From Candidatus Bathyarchaeales archaeon (GTDB lineage: Archaea > Thermoproteota > Bathyarchaeia > Bathyarchaeales > Bathycorpusculaceae), in the NCBI GenBank assembly GCA_049700435.1, contig JBNAVK010000001.1, forward strand, positions 1,583 to 65,582: a stretch of DNA of 64,000 nucleotides. The letters are read 5' to 3'. Of this stretch, positions 63,570 through 64,000 are shown in pieces (within the stretch, counting starts at the first letter, position 1; each line of letters opens with the position of its first letter). Position numbers and translations under genes: made by a program. The notes beneath the pieces were generated by a model that saw only the letters and a list, made by a program, of their open reading frames with translations, had not been told where the DNA came from and made no database searches.

Positions 63570-64000
63570 TTGATTGACTTAATCCTCAACAACGCGAAAG
63601 CCTACATAAACAAAGAAATAGTGGAATGTAGCATCGCAATCGATAAAGGCAAAATTTTCAAGGTAGGCAAAGAGGCGAATATGCCAAAAGCAGAGTCAAA
63701 AGTAGATTTAAAAGGTCTTTTAGTTTTACCAGGCCTAATAGATGCCCACACGCATCTCAGAGATGAGGGAAAAGCCTACAAAGAAGATTTTTACACAGGA
63801 ACCGCAGCAGCAGCCGCTGGCGGAATAACAACTGTTTTGGACATGCCGAACAACAACCCCATAACGATGAGCGCTGAAACCTTAAAAAATCGGATGAAAG
63901 TTGCTGAAAGGAAAATTTTGGTTAATGTCGGCTTCTTCTCTGAATTCCCTAAAGACACGAAAGAGATAGACGAGATAGTGAATGAGGGAGCTGTGGCGTT
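63570..64000 (+). CDS. pyrC: Dihydroorotase / cyclic amidohydrolase, N-terminal fragment running off the window
   Basis: Manual translation from TTG 63570 is open to the window end. It reads LPGLIDAHTHLRDEG...TGTAAAAAGGITTVLDMPNNNP. Confidence 0.75.
   Translation, partial: MIDLILNNAKAYINKEIVECSIAIDKGKIFKVGKEANMPKAESKVDLKGLLVLPGLIDAHTHLRDEGKAYKEDFYTGTAAAAAGGITTVLDMPNNNPITMSAETLKNRMKVAERKILVNVGFFSEFPKDTKEIDEIVNEGAVA

Overview
Chromosomal core region of an archaeon. About 80 densely packed CDS and one tRNA-Gly(CCC). I saw no rRNA, CRISPR array, transposase, integrase or prophage signal.

Information-processing genes are archaeal/eukaryote-type: eS1, uS15, eS19, eS26, eL31, eL39, LX, aIF6, prefoldin alpha, FtsY, SecE, proteasome beta, Kae1/Bud32/Pcc1, TFS, RpoL, Csl4, Rpp21, XPD, TIP49/RuvBL and an Elf1-like factor. 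The combination eS26 + Elf1-like + TIP49 + a TFE-beta-like protein suggests a TACK-type lineage (Bathyarchaeia/Thermoproteota-like). That is inference only. Many genes have GGAGG-type Shine-Dalgarno sites, and several use TTG/GTG starts.

Metabolic content:
- A sugar/glycogen block (GH1, GalT-like, debranching enzyme, DUF89 phosphatase, TIM).
- A four-subunit 2-oxoacid:ferredoxin oxidoreductase.
- Dispersed NAD genes (nadX, nadC, nadM).
- A 12 kb acyl-CoA cluster at 43.8-56.2 kb built around 4-hydroxybutyryl-CoA dehydratase.

Most interesting calls:
- A catalytic-domain-only Mini-III-like RNase III next to RpoL/Csl4.
- The 4-hydroxybutyrate/crotonyl-CoA cluster, which has two ADP-forming synthetase alpha subunits and no beta subunit.
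- An archaeal pentameric ligand-gated ion channel homologue.
- An Elf1-like protein with three tandem zinc ribbons.
- An ornithine-carbamoyltransferase-family protein with altered substrate motifs, coupled to a DUF3795 Cys-rich protein.
- A TIP49 with Walker B DDSH.
- A winged-helix + 4-Cys protein that may be TFE-beta.

All family assignments rest on motif recognition by eye. No database search was possible.
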